Source of the DNA: Deltaproteobacteria bacterium
Lineage (GTDB): Bacteria; CG2-30-53-67
Assembly: GCA_013151235.1 (NCBI GenBank)
Contig: JAADIO010000048.1
Coordinates: 23,559-87,558 of the forward strand
Length of the DNA stretch: 64,000 nt
Direction of reading: 5' to 3'
A program made the position numbers and the translations under genes. The notes below the pieces were generated by a model. That model was not told where the DNA came from and searched no databases. It saw nothing but the letters and a program-made list of their open reading frames with translations. Of this stretch, positions 51,377-60,433 are shown piece after piece. How positions within the stretch are numbered: position 1 is the stretch's first letter; each line of letters opens with the position of its first letter.

Positions 51377-52351
51377 ATGTATACCGAACCGGATCGATCG
51401 ATCAACTACGTCCTGGTTGCGATTATCATCATTCTGCTGGGATGCGCAATCTTTTTCTATGTCGAACGGGACCGGGTGGGGCAATGGCTCTCAAAGGATC
51501 GGATTGAACAGGAGAAGTCGGCTCTTGAAGAGAGGATTGCCACCCTGGAGGATGAGGTCTCAAGCCTGAAAAAAGAGGCAGCCCTGCAAGCCCCGCCGCA
51601 GGCGGTTCCGGAGGCCCGGAAAGAAGAGGTCTTCGGGAAGAAGCAGGAACCCGTATCGAGGGGAGAAGAAGAAAACTCTCCTGCAACATCTTCCACGGAA
51701 GATGAATGCCGTGACCTGAATAACCGACTGGACCATTTCTGCAACTACCTGAATGGCCGGGAATATGTTTCCGCTTACGGATTGAAAGAGGGGGTTTGCC
51801 GACATTTTCAGGATTTGCTCCCCCGCCTGATGAAGAGGCCTCCCGTGGTGGTTCGGGAAACGGATGATCTGTTGCGGGTCCTTCACAATAACGCCCATTT
51901 CTTCCGGGTCCTGGGAAAGAAGAACACCCTTCTGCTGCGGGACATTCTCCGCTATGACGGGGATATGATGGAGTCTGTTTTTGCACTTCTCTACCGGACG
52001 CTCACAGAAGGTGTCTCCTGCAGGAAAGCGGGAGCGGGCCTGTCGGTTTCACTTCCCCTGCGGGGAAGCTATGATTATGCCGTCTATTTTCTGAATACCC
52101 TGGGGGGGCGCTCCTATCTCATGCGCAGGGATTCCCGGGTGCGGATGCTGACACAGTATTACTCCATTCTCATCCTCGACCGGGCCAATGACGCCCACCT
52201 CAACCGGTGGGGAATGGATATTCGTTATCCCTTGAATGCCCTGATCTCGGATATCCGGGGGGCGGCCAATCTCGAAAAACGGACGGAATATTTACATACC
52301 CTGAATGTCTTGCAGAAAAAATATCGTAAACGTTACGGGGCCGCGGGATGA
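51377..52351 (+). CDS. Membrane-anchored hypothetical protein with coiled coil
   Basis: ATG after AAGGAGAGGGG. One TM helix (YVLVAIIIILLGCAIFFYV), then a coiled coil, then an unassigned 200-aa domain. Confidence 0.55.
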   Translation: MYTEPDRSINYVLVAIIIILLGCAIFFYVERDRVGQWLSKDRIEQEKSALEERIATLEDEVSSLKKEAALQAPPQAVPEARKEEVFGKKQEPVSRGEEENSPATSSTEDECRDLNNRLDHFCNYLNGREYVSAYGLKEGVCRHFQDLLPRLMKRPPVVVRETDDLLRVLHNNAHFFRVLGKKNTLLLRDILRYDGDMMESVFALLYRTLTEGVSCRKAGAGLSVSLPLRGSYDYAVYFLNTLGGRSYLMRRDSRVRMLTQYYSILILDRANDAHLNRWGMDIRYPLNALISDIRGAANLEKRTEYLHTLNVLQKKYRKRYGAAG

Positions 52352-53352
52352 TTCGCCGTTTTCTCTTTCCTGCCGGCCGTCCCGCCGGAGGCCGGCGCTT
52401 TTGCGGAGACGACCAGTTTCGCCGGATCTTTCATGATCCGTTCGGCCTTCCATTCCGAGAGGTAAAAGGGATAAGGACTTTCCGAAGAGGTCGCCCGGTA
52501 ACGGTTTCCCACCTTTTTGAAGATCCTTACCGTGTATGTTTTCGTCCCTTTCAGTTTGACCGAATAGATCGGCGTCTCCGTTTCCTTCAGGCCTTTTGAA
52601 TCCTCAATGAAACCGTCGCATCGCAGATGAGTGAGAGCAGCGACCACTTCGTCTATTGCCCCTTCCTCTGCCTTTTTTCCGTCGGGGGTCTGCCAACGCT
52701 CTGGTGGGGGGACGGACTCGGCGCTCTTCTCTTTTTGAGGCTCTTCCGATTTTGCAGTAACCGTAGGTGACTTGACGAAGGTAGCCGTCTGTTTCCCTTG
52801 GGAGAGGATGACCTGTCGAATTTTTCCATTCAGGGGCAGGACTTCTTTGTCCCGCAGTTCCGGCACCTTTTTGTTGAAGAGGATCGAGAGGTTTTCTTCT
52901 GCGAGGTAGACCCCTTTTTCTTTGGGAAGCTTGACAAAGGTCTGTTGGCGGGAGGAGGTGACTTTTCCGATCCCGACCTCCCGAAGGAGTTTGTCCCCCT
53001 GGTAGAGTTGCACGTCGATCCGCTTGTCCTCCTCCAGGTCATAAAGGTTGTAGTTTCCTGATTCCGAGGTGAGGGCCGTCAGATTCAGTTGGACAATTCC
53101 GTCAACCATCTCTTTTACCATGGAGGGATCGGCGGGGTATTTCCGGGGAAGAATCACCCACCGGTCGTCGACCTTTTTCAGTGTCAGATCCTGTTTCCCG
53201 TTGTGGATATGCAGCCGGGTAACATCTTTGGCTGTAACCGGAGGGAGTTTGGGGAGGATGTAGTTGGTCTTTCCTTTCTTGTGCAACACCAGGTAGGTCG
53301 AAAGCGCTGCGATGATCAGGACGAGGATCAGGATTTCTTTTTTCCCTTTCAT
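52333..53352 (-). CDS. DUF4340-like membrane-anchored protein
   Basis: N-terminal TM anchor. Last position of a GldA/F/G-type ABC cluster, where DUF4340 proteins usually sit. The family assignment is from memory. Confidence 0.55.
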   Translation of the reverse strand: MKGKKEILILVLIIAALSTYLVLHKKGKTNYILPKLPPVTAKDVTRLHIHNGKQDLTLKKVDDRWVILPRKYPADPSMVKEMVDGIVQLNLTALTSESGNYNLYDLEEDKRIDVQLYQGDKLLREVGIGKVTSSRQQTFVKLPKEKGVYLAEENLSILFNKKVPELRDKEVLPLNGKIRQVILSQGKQTATFVKSPTVTAKSEEPQKEKSAESVPPPERWQTPDGKKAEEGAIDEVVAALTHLRCDGFIEDSKGLKETETPIYSVKLKGTKTYTVRIFKKVGNRYRATSSESPYPFYLSEWKAERIMKDPAKLVVSAKAPASGGTAGRKEKTANHPAAP

Positions 53353-53418
53353 TGTATCTTCTCCCGCTGTTGAGGGTTGTGTCCATCCAGATTGATGGAC
53401 TCGCAAGAAGTCCTATAG

Positions 53419-53541
53419 GATGGCACAGCAAAAAGATCCGAATGCAAGGAGCGAAAGTTTTGAGGAGTGAGGCGTACTTTTTTGTACGTCGAAGCGAACT
53501 CAAAACCTGATAAACGTAGCAAGCGGACTTTTTGCAAAGCC
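53419..53541 (-). repeat. Palindromic MITE/REP-like element, family A, copy 2
   Basis: Its reverse complement aligns over its full length with 21397-21520, roughly four-fifths identical by eye. It lies between the gldG-like and DUF4340-like genes. Confidence 0.75.
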
Positions 53542-53542
53542 A

Positions 53543-55735
53543 TCAGGCTTGTGTAAAGATTTGCTGAATATGCCGCTTCCGTGCCGAGCGGCGGTACCAG
53601 ATGATCAGGCCGGCAAAGATGATCAGGATGGGAAGACCTGCAATATTTGCCGCCTTAATCATCGTCTTTGCCATAGGTGATACCTCTTTCAGGGGGTTAA
53701 ATCGCTGAGACTTGCTCCGCATGACGGCGGTATCCACCCGGTGATTTAAGGCATCGAAGATGTTCATCACAAACTGGGCATTCGGACTGGTCCCGTTGTC
53801 TCCCAAAACATTGTCCTTCAGAATCGCCGAGGTTCCGATGAGAAAGATCCTGCCGCCTCTGGAGGTCTTCAGCGTAATTCCTTGCGCCTGGATATGCGAC
53901 ATGTCGATTCCCCCCGTTTTTTCGTTCCCGGCGGTTTGCTTCTTTTCTTTCTGCTGCGTGTTTACGTTTCGTTCCGGGATTGGTTTGTCGGCAAAGTAGC
54001 TGGGAATCGGGCCGGTGAGGGTATAGGCCAGCGCGAATTGCTGCAGGTCCGATGTCCGGCGGGGAGGCTGCAGGAACATCGGGTTCAGGTTCACCCGCCC
54101 CTCCATTTTCCATGCCTCCCGGCTGGAGGAGAAGAGCCGTGTTGCCGTCAGAGCGTGCTTTTTGATGCTCGCTTCATCGAGGTTCAGCGGGGCGGCTTTC
54201 AGCAGGACCAGTCCCTTGATGTTTGTGAGATAGGGGACGGACTTGTTGATGAAGGTATTCTTGATGATCGGGGCAAAGTAGATCTGCCGTTCACCACCGC
54301 CGAAGGCCTGGGGAATCTCCTGCCGGAAACAGTTTTTGTCCAGCACATAAGCAGCCTTCAGATGGATTCCGTAGGCGGAAAGGAGTTTCTCCAGTCCCGT
54401 GTGGATGGGCAGATACATCGGACCCTGCCCCCCCACCATCATTCCCTGTTGAGGAAGCGAGGTCTCCTTGAAGGGATCGAGGAAGAGGGCCAGGTTGCCC
54501 CCCCGCATCAGGTACTGATCGACCCGGTAGAGTTCTTCCTCGGAAAACGGTTTTGTGGGCCCGGCAATGATCAGGGTCGGCAACCCCTCCGGGATTCCCC
54601 CATCCTTCAGGCGAACCTCCCGGACGTTGTATTCTTCCGAAAGGAGTTTGTGAAACTGAGAAAGAGAATCACTTTGAGCTTCGCCCGGCATCGCGGGATA
54701 GGACTCAAGAGGGAGAGTCCCGTGGTCGGCAAGATAACCGATCTTCTCGTTTGTGTTGATCAGGTTTTCTACGGCGTTTTCGATTCCTTCTTCGATCTCC
54801 TTCATTTTCGCCAACTGGTATTGTGTTCCGAAGATCGGAAGGCGGAAGATGTGAAGCAAGGGGATCGTTTCCTTGTGATTCCCATGTTGTATCATGATCC
54901 CGGCATAGCCGTGGCCGGCCGGGATGGTTTTGCCCCGCCGATCGGTGAAGGCATCCCACTGGAGAGGAAGGATTTGCCGGCCGCGGATCTCTTTTTCCCG
55001 GCTTGGGTCCCGTGTCGGGTCGATGGCGGAGAAGGCCAGCCGTCCGTAGTTCTTTTCATTCAGCTTCTTTACGACCGCTTTGATCCGGGAGGGGAGTTCC
55101 GCCAGTCCCGTCAGATTCATATAGGGGCCTACGATCTGCAGGGAAGAAGAGAGGATCAGGTTGACCTTCACCTTGTCTTTCAGAGCCAGCAGGGCGCTGA
55201 TCTTGTTGTTCATCGTCCGGATCGTGGAGGTGATCTTGTATTCCAGTCCTTCCGTCGAGGTGATGGTTGGGATCGTTTTAATCAGGTCGCCGTGGATGAG
55301 AACCATCCCCATGAAGGCGTTCTGGAACTTTACCTGGTCCTGTTCAATGTTGCGGATCTGAACCGGATTGATCCCGTAGTTTTGCGCCATCTCCTGATTT
55401 TTCCGGGCCGATTCATTCTCTTCGCCGGAGACGTCGTAGAACTGATAATTAAAATAGCGGTTGCCGGCAATACTGTATTCCTGGAGGAGGTCGTGGAGAT
55501 AACGTTCCAGTGTGTTATAGGGGGCGGGGAGGTTCTTGGTAAAGAAAACCTTGATGGTCAATGGTTCCGAGAGAGTAGAGACCACCTTTCGGCTGGCTCT
55601 GGAGAGGGAATAGATGTGGTTGGCCGTCAAGTCGACCCGGAAGAAGAGGCTCGTTGCGGCTATGTTCAGAAGAACAATCACGACGAGGTAGAGAAGAAAT
55701 TTCGGTCGGAATATTTTATGGAGTACGGCGTTCAT
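53543..55735 (-). CDS. GldG-family ABC transporter auxiliary protein
   Basis: 730 aa with N- and C-terminal TM anchors. Position and size are typical of GldG-like proteins. Confidence 0.72.
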   Translation of the reverse strand: MNAVLHKIFRPKFLLYLVVIVLLNIAATSLFFRVDLTANHIYSLSRASRKVVSTLSEPLTIKVFFTKNLPAPYNTLERYLHDLLQEYSIAGNRYFNYQFYDVSGEENESARKNQEMAQNYGINPVQIRNIEQDQVKFQNAFMGMVLIHGDLIKTIPTITSTEGLEYKITSTIRTMNNKISALLALKDKVKVNLILSSSLQIVGPYMNLTGLAELPSRIKAVVKKLNEKNYGRLAFSAIDPTRDPSREKEIRGRQILPLQWDAFTDRRGKTIPAGHGYAGIMIQHGNHKETIPLLHIFRLPIFGTQYQLAKMKEIEEGIENAVENLINTNEKIGYLADHGTLPLESYPAMPGEAQSDSLSQFHKLLSEEYNVREVRLKDGGIPEGLPTLIIAGPTKPFSEEELYRVDQYLMRGGNLALFLDPFKETSLPQQGMMVGGQGPMYLPIHTGLEKLLSAYGIHLKAAYVLDKNCFRQEIPQAFGGGERQIYFAPIIKNTFINKSVPYLTNIKGLVLLKAAPLNLDEASIKKHALTATRLFSSSREAWKMEGRVNLNPMFLQPPRRTSDLQQFALAYTLTGPIPSYFADKPIPERNVNTQQKEKKQTAGNEKTGGIDMSHIQAQGITLKTSRGGRIFLIGTSAILKDNVLGDNGTSPNAQFVMNIFDALNHRVDTAVMRSKSQRFNPLKEVSPMAKTMIKAANIAGLPILIIFAGLIIWYRRSARKRHIQQIFTQA

Positions 55736-55747
55736 CAGGTTTTCTCC

Positions 55748-56452
55748 TTAATTCATTTCATCGACGGCCAGGTGGGTTCCGTAGAGCATAACGAAGGCAA
55801 GACTCAGAAAATAGAGAACATCCCGGGAATCAATGATTCCCCGGGCGATGTTCTGGAAATGGGAATCCGCACTTAAAAACTGGAAGACGCTCAGAAGGGA
55901 CTTGGGCAGAAAAATGAGCATCTTGTCGAGAAGGGTGAGGGAGAAGCAGACCGCCATCCCGGAAATAAAAGCGATAATCTGATTGTGGGTCAGAGCGGAA
56001 GCGAAAAGTCCGATGGCGGAAAAGGCTGCACCTAAGAGAATCGCTCCCACGTATCCCCCGATCAAGGGTCCTACATCAAGATCTCCCAAAAAGGAGATGC
56101 ATGCACCGTAGGAGAGGGTGGGAAGCAGCATGACTGCCACGAAGGCGACGGCGGCCAGGAATTTTCCGAGGACGATGTCGGTTGAGGAGACCGGCATGGT
56201 CAGGAGCAGTTCATAGGAGCCGCTGTTGAACTCCTCGGAAAAGAGACGCATCGTCACCGCGGGGATGACGAAGGAGAAGGTCAGGGGGAGCAGGGAGAAA
56301 AAGTTTCGGAGATCGGCCTGGTTGTAGAGGAAAAAGGTGGAAAAGAAAAACCAGCCGGTCAGAACAAGAAAAATCGAAATGACGATATAGGCGATCGGGG
56401 AGATGAAATACCCCCCGAATTCTTTTTTAAAAATCTGGGTGACGTTTCGCAT
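55748..56452 (-). CDS. ABC-2 permease (GldF-like)
   Basis: 234 aa from the internal ATG (MRNVTQIFKKEF). Six TM helices. Confidence 0.75.
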   Translation of the reverse strand: MRNVTQIFKKEFGGYFISPIAYIVISIFLVLTGWFFFSTFFLYNQADLRNFFSLLPLTFSFVIPAVTMRLFSEEFNSGSYELLLTMPVSSTDIVLGKFLAAVAFVAVMLLPTLSYGACISFLGDLDVGPLIGGYVGAILLGAAFSAIGLFASALTHNQIIAFISGMAVCFSLTLLDKMLIFLPKSLLSVFQFLSADSHFQNIARGIIDSRDVLYFLSLAFVMLYGTHLAVDEMN

Positions 56453-56453
56453 T

Positions 56454-57389
56454 TCATCCCTCCTTTGTGAGTTGCCGGAAGATCGACTCCAGGGTCCGGG
56501 TCTTTCGATGGAATTCCAGCAGGCGCCATTCCTGTTTTCGTATGATCTCATAGAGCACCGGACGGAGATCTTTTGCCGTCCGGCAGGTCAGAGAGAAATC
56601 GAGGGTTCCGTTCCGGCTGCCGATCCGTTTTGGCGCGTCCACATCGGGGATCCCGGCAAAGGCCTTTTGAACCTGCTCGAAATTTTCTTCCTGCAGGGAG
56701 ATCTCAACGGTGTACTCGCCGCCGGCGCGTTCCTTCAGGGTTTCCGTCGGCCCGTCGGCGACGATTTTCCCTTTGTTGATGATGACCATCCGGTCGCAGG
56801 TCGCTTCGGCCTCGCTCAGGATATGGGTGGAGAGAATCACCGTTTTCTCCCGGCCGATCTCCCGGATGATCGCCCGGATCTCTACGATCTGGTTTGGATC
56901 GAGGCCGGAGGTCGGTTCGTCAAGAACGAGGATCTCCGGATCACTCATCATGGCGTGGGCCAGTCCGACCCGCTGCTTGTATCCTTTGGAAAGTTCATGA
57001 ATCGGTTTGTGCATCACGTCATTCAGGCCGCATAACCGTGCCAGTTCTTTGATGCGGCTCATCCGGTTTGCCTCCCGGAGTTTGCGGAGACCGGCCACAA
57101 AGAGGAGGTAATCGTAGACGAGCATATCCGGATAAATCGGCGCCGACTCCGGCAAATAGCCGATCATCTCCTTGATCTTGATGGCATGGTCATGAATGTT
57201 TAAGTCCCGGACGGTGATGTTGCCGGAAGAGGGGGGGAGATAACAGGTCAGGATCCGCAGGGTCGTTGATTTGCCGGCCCCGTTGGGACCGAGCAGGCCC
57301 AGGATCTCTCCCTTCCGTATTTGAAAACTGATTCCGTTGACGGCATGAACATCGCCGTAATGCTTTGTGAGGTTTTCCACCCGTATCAT
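56454..57389 (-). CDS. ABC transporter ATP-binding protein (GldA-like)
   Basis: GPNGAGKST, LSKGYKQR and LVLDEP. ATG at 57389 after GGGAGGA. Confidence 0.88.
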   Translation of the reverse strand: MIRVENLTKHYGDVHAVNGISFQIRKGEILGLLGPNGAGKSTTLRILTCYLPPSSGNITVRDLNIHDHAIKIKEMIGYLPESAPIYPDMLVYDYLLFVAGLRKLREANRMSRIKELARLCGLNDVMHKPIHELSKGYKQRVGLAHAMMSDPEILVLDEPTSGLDPNQIVEIRAIIREIGREKTVILSTHILSEAEATCDRMVIINKGKIVADGPTETLKERAGGEYTVEISLQEENFEQVQKAFAGIPDVDAPKRIGSRNGTLDFSLTCRTAKDLRPVLYEIIRKQEWRLLEFHRKTRTLESIFRQLTKEG

Positions 57390-57569
57390 CGGCAATTTCC
57401 TCCCTGGATGAACTGCGAAAGGATGCAGTTCACAGATGAACCCTGCTTCGTATAGGCAGGAAAGCGGCCGGAAGGCATGCGATAAGGATGTCTTCAAACG
57501 ATACGATCGCCCTGAAACCTTTCCTGCGAAACACGGAATTACGGACAGGGTATTTTGAAAACGTCGGGA

Positions 57570-57598
57570 AATATATGCCTCTCGTATTTGTTTGTCAA
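57570..57598 (-). promoter_or_regulatory. Sigma-70-like promoter for the gldA-like operon (TTGACA-N17-TATATT)
   Basis: Read on the minus strand: -35 at 57593-57598 and -10 at 57570-57575. Confidence 0.5.
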
Positions 57599-57841
57599 GA
57601 CCTGACTTTTTAATCTCTCTTTGGGGTTAGCCTATGCTCCGCAGTTATTCCCTATGAGTGGTTTTTCTCGGAGTTTTGTATGGAGCATCTTTAAGCGGGG
57701 AGAGAGAAGGTTCCCTGGACGATCTGTCTCATCGGAGAAGATTAATGACGACCGTTTCTACTGTCTTCACGCATGTTGTGTCTTTGCGAACCGGTTTTTA
57801 AGTTTTCGGATTCGAAATTATCACGGGTGCTGTAATTATTG

Positions 57842-57875
57842 TGTAATCGATTACATAGTTGTGTAGTCCGTTACA
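57842..57875 (+). promoter_or_regulatory. Tandem TGTA-N6-TACA palindromes (candidate enhancer/UAS)
   Basis: TGTAATCGATTACA (perfect, 57842-57855) and TGTAGTCCGTTACA (57862-57875), with centres 20 bp apart. They lie about 115 bp upstream of the -24/-12 element. Confidence 0.45.
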
Positions 57876-57972
57876 TAAGCATTCCCCGATTCCGAGCTTT
57901 TCTGTATTTCAACATTTCTGAATAATCTTTATCTAACGGTAAGATACGGACCGGCACCTCTGAATGGTAAAA

Positions 57973-57988
57973 TGGCATGCTCCTTGCT
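57973..57988 (+). promoter_or_regulatory. Candidate sigma-54 (-24/-12) promoter of the minor-pilin operon
   Basis: TGGCATGCTCCTTGCT fits TGGCAC-N5-TTGCW. It lies 38 nt upstream of the ATG at 58026. Confidence 0.65.
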
Positions 57989-58025
57989 ACCGTATGGAGG
58001 TGTGTGGAGAAAAAGGAGGTCCATT

Positions 58026-58565
58026 ATGAAGAGGTCTGAGCAAGAGGGATACACTCTAATTGAACTTGTTATCACCTTGTCAATTGTTGCGCTGACGCTG
58101 CTTTTTTCGGCACCTTCCATTGCCGATTGGGCACCTTATTACCGAATGAAGGGAGATGCTACAACGATTGCAGGGATGCTGACCAATGCCCGTTTTGAGG
58201 CGGTGAAGCGAGGACAGAATGTAACCGTTACCTTCGATCCCTCGGCAGAAACGGTAACGGTCTCTGCGGGAGGAACGACTCTGAATACCTACACACTCAG
58301 CCAATCCGTTGATTTCGGAATTAATCAGGTAATAGAAAAAGACGACTTAAATGCCAGTGGTCATCCGCCTACGAAAAAGATTACCTTCGCTGGTAGTAGT
58401 GTTGTCTTTGCTTCCAACGGTGCTGCAACGCCGGCGGGCGAACTCTATTTGATGTTTGACCCGGCGGCCACTGTAAACAAACAGTATTTTTTCGGGGTTG
58501 CCGTAGAAGCGAGTGGACAAGTGACATATTCTCGCTGGAATGAATCAGGCGCCGCCTGGGATTAG
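58026..58565 (+). CDS. GspH/FimT-like minor (pseudo)pilin
   Basis: Type IV prepilin leader MKRSEQEG/YTLIELV plus a hydrophobic helix. ATG after AAGGAGG. Confidence 0.75.
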   Translation: MKRSEQEGYTLIELVITLSIVALTLLFSAPSIADWAPYYRMKGDATTIAGMLTNARFEAVKRGQNVTVTFDPSAETVTVSAGGTTLNTYTLSQSVDFGINQVIEKDDLNASGHPPTKKITFAGSSVVFASNGAATPAGELYLMFDPAATVNKQYFFGVAVEASGQVTYSRWNESGAAWD

Positions 58566-58575
58566 GAGGAAAGAA

Positions 58576-59031
58576 ATGTATCGCAAAAGTATGAAGTCAA
58601 ACGCCGGATTTACGTTGATTGAGGTCATGGTAGCCATGGTTGTAATGGCCTACGGCATTCTGGCTGTCATGTCGATGTCGGTGGCGGCGATCCGGGGAAA
58701 CTCCACGGCGGATCATGTGACCCAGGTCACGATTCTATCTGATGAAGTGATCGAAATGATCCGGGCGAATGTCGATAACATCTCTGCCTACAACGGGATT
58801 GATACCAGTAATGTCAATACCCGCCCCTCCATTGATGCTACAGCCGGTGCCGACTATGACACGATTGTAAGCCGGATCTCGGATTTGGGGCTTCCTTCCG
58901 GTAAATGCTCAATTGAGATACAAAATAATACCCCTACTGCCGGGATTAGTACAGCACAGGTGACTATTGCCTGGAGCCGGACCGGAAACCACTCCATGAC
59001 TTTCACGAGGGAGTTTGAAGGGTTACACTAA
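58576..59031 (+). CDS. pilV: PilV-like minor pilin
   Basis: Leader ...SNAG/FTLIEVMVAMVV. Confidence 0.72.
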   Translation: MYRKSMKSNAGFTLIEVMVAMVVMAYGILAVMSMSVAAIRGNSTADHVTQVTILSDEVIEMIRANVDNISAYNGIDTSNVNTRPSIDATAGADYDTIVSRISDLGLPSGKCSIEIQNNTPTAGISTAQVTIAWSRTGNHSMTFTREFEGLH

Positions 59032-59046
59032 TTGGAGGAATCAGGC

Positions 59047-59679
59047 ATGTACAGCAACCAAAAGGGTTTTACCCTGATCGAAATCATGGTCTCTCTTGTG
59101 GTGACATTGGTCATCGTGGCGGGGGCCTATGCCGTCTTTGCCATACAGAACAAGTCTGCCAATGTCCAGAATGAGGTGGCGACGATGCAGCAGAACGGCC
59201 GGATTGCCATGGATGTACTTGTGGAGGAAATTCGGAGGGGGGCTTACAACAATCCGGCAAACCCCGCCGGTGCAACTATTACTGTCGATGCTTCCGGCAG
59301 TATGATTACCATTCAGAAGGATGTCAATGATGACGGAGTGATTAATGATACGTTAGCCAGTTCTGCGGATGATGAGGAGTGGATTGTCCTGCAGGTGAAC
59401 GGCAATAACCAATTGACGAAGCAGATCCTGCGTAAATCCGATGGATCGGATGTACAGACCCTGATTTTGGCGGATAATATATATTCCTTGTCTTTTTCTC
59501 CGGCCGGGGTCACCGATCCGTCCTCTGTCGACATTTCCCTGACGGTTCGGACGAAGCATGAGGATCCGAATTGGACTGACACAAACAAGGGTGTCAATCT
59601 TTCGGGGTCTGTATCGGATGGTTTGGCACGGATTCGAAATTATCAGAAAACCGTCTGGGTCCGGAATCTGAATCTCTAA
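59047..59679 (+). CDS. pilW: PilW-like minor pilin
   Basis: Leader MYSNQKG/FTLIEIMVSLVV. Confidence 0.72.
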   Translation: MYSNQKGFTLIEIMVSLVVTLVIVAGAYAVFAIQNKSANVQNEVATMQQNGRIAMDVLVEEIRRGAYNNPANPAGATITVDASGSMITIQKDVNDDGVINDTLASSADDEEWIVLQVNGNNQLTKQILRKSDGSDVQTLILADNIYSLSFSPAGVTDPSSVDISLTVRTKHEDPNWTDTNKGVNLSGSVSDGLARIRNYQKTVWVRNLNL

Positions 59680-59698
59680 ACGGCAAAGGAGAACAATC

Positions 59699-60331
59699 AT
59701 GTATCTGAATCGGGCGGGAAATCAGAAAGGGATGGCCCTGATTGTTGCATTGTTGCTTTTGGTGGCACTTTCGGCTGTTGCATTAAGTTTGATGTTTTCA
59801 TCCACTTTTGAGAATACCATTGCCGCAAATGATAAAAAAAACACGATCGCTTTCCAGAATGCTGAAACGGGGATCGAGATGGCCAGAAACGTCCTGTTGA
59901 ATTTTCGGGATCGGGATGAAGGATTCACGAAGCTTTTGTCCATTATTCCAAGCAGTGCTGATCCCGTAGTGCTTGATTTAGAAAATGTAGGAATCAATTC
60001 CGGCGATCCCGTTTATAGCGTTGGTGCGAATGTTTATAATCTTGATACCACTCGTTACACTGTGACTATCTGGGATGACAGCAACGATCCCCTGGAAACC
60101 GATAATAACGACCGTGTGGACAGCAATTTTTCTGTTATGGTCCGTTCCGTTGGGAAGGATCCCACGGGGAATGCGGCGAAGACGATTACCACGAAACTTC
60201 GCTATGGGGATGCACGGGAATTTGCACAGGGGAAACAGGACGCAAACTCTGGAAGCAGCAAGGACCAGAAAGTAGAAACCGAAGCAGGCAATGGAAGGAG
60301 TACCAGTACTTTTGATCCCTCGACCACGTAA
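59699..60331 (+). CDS. pilX: PilX-like minor pilin
   Basis: NQKGMALIVALLLLVALSAV N-terminus typical of PilX. Conserved position before pilY1. Confidence 0.68.
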   Translation: MYLNRAGNQKGMALIVALLLLVALSAVALSLMFSSTFENTIAANDKKNTIAFQNAETGIEMARNVLLNFRDRDEGFTKLLSIIPSSADPVVLDLENVGINSGDPVYSVGANVYNLDTTRYTVTIWDDSNDPLETDNNDRVDSNFSVMVRSVGKDPTGNAAKTITTKLRYGDAREFAQGKQDANSGSSKDQKVETEAGNGRSTSTFDPSTT

Positions 60332-60433
60332 AACGATTTCCCGGCTTACCCGGGCCTGTGGTGGTATGGTGACGCCCGGTTGAAGCGGGAGCCTGATCTC
60401 CCGATCCAAGGGGAAGAACTAAGGAGGTTCATT

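Noticed and set aside
53882-55876. 664-aa ORF antisense to the gldG-like gene
   Set aside because: A shadow ORF. The minus-strand gene fits the conserved GldA/F/G/DUF4340 cluster order.
57621-57866. 81-aa ORF in the gldA-pilin intergenic region
   Set aside because: No ribosome-binding site and odd Cys/Phe-rich composition. It overlaps the predicted enhancer palindromes, so the region is better explained as regulatory DNA.
58013-58028. Near-identical RBS contexts AAGGAGGTCCATTATG (58013) and AAGGAGGTTCATTATG (60421)
   Set aside because: Probably just two strong consensus Shine-Dalgarno sites with the same spacing. The stretch is too short to argue duplication.
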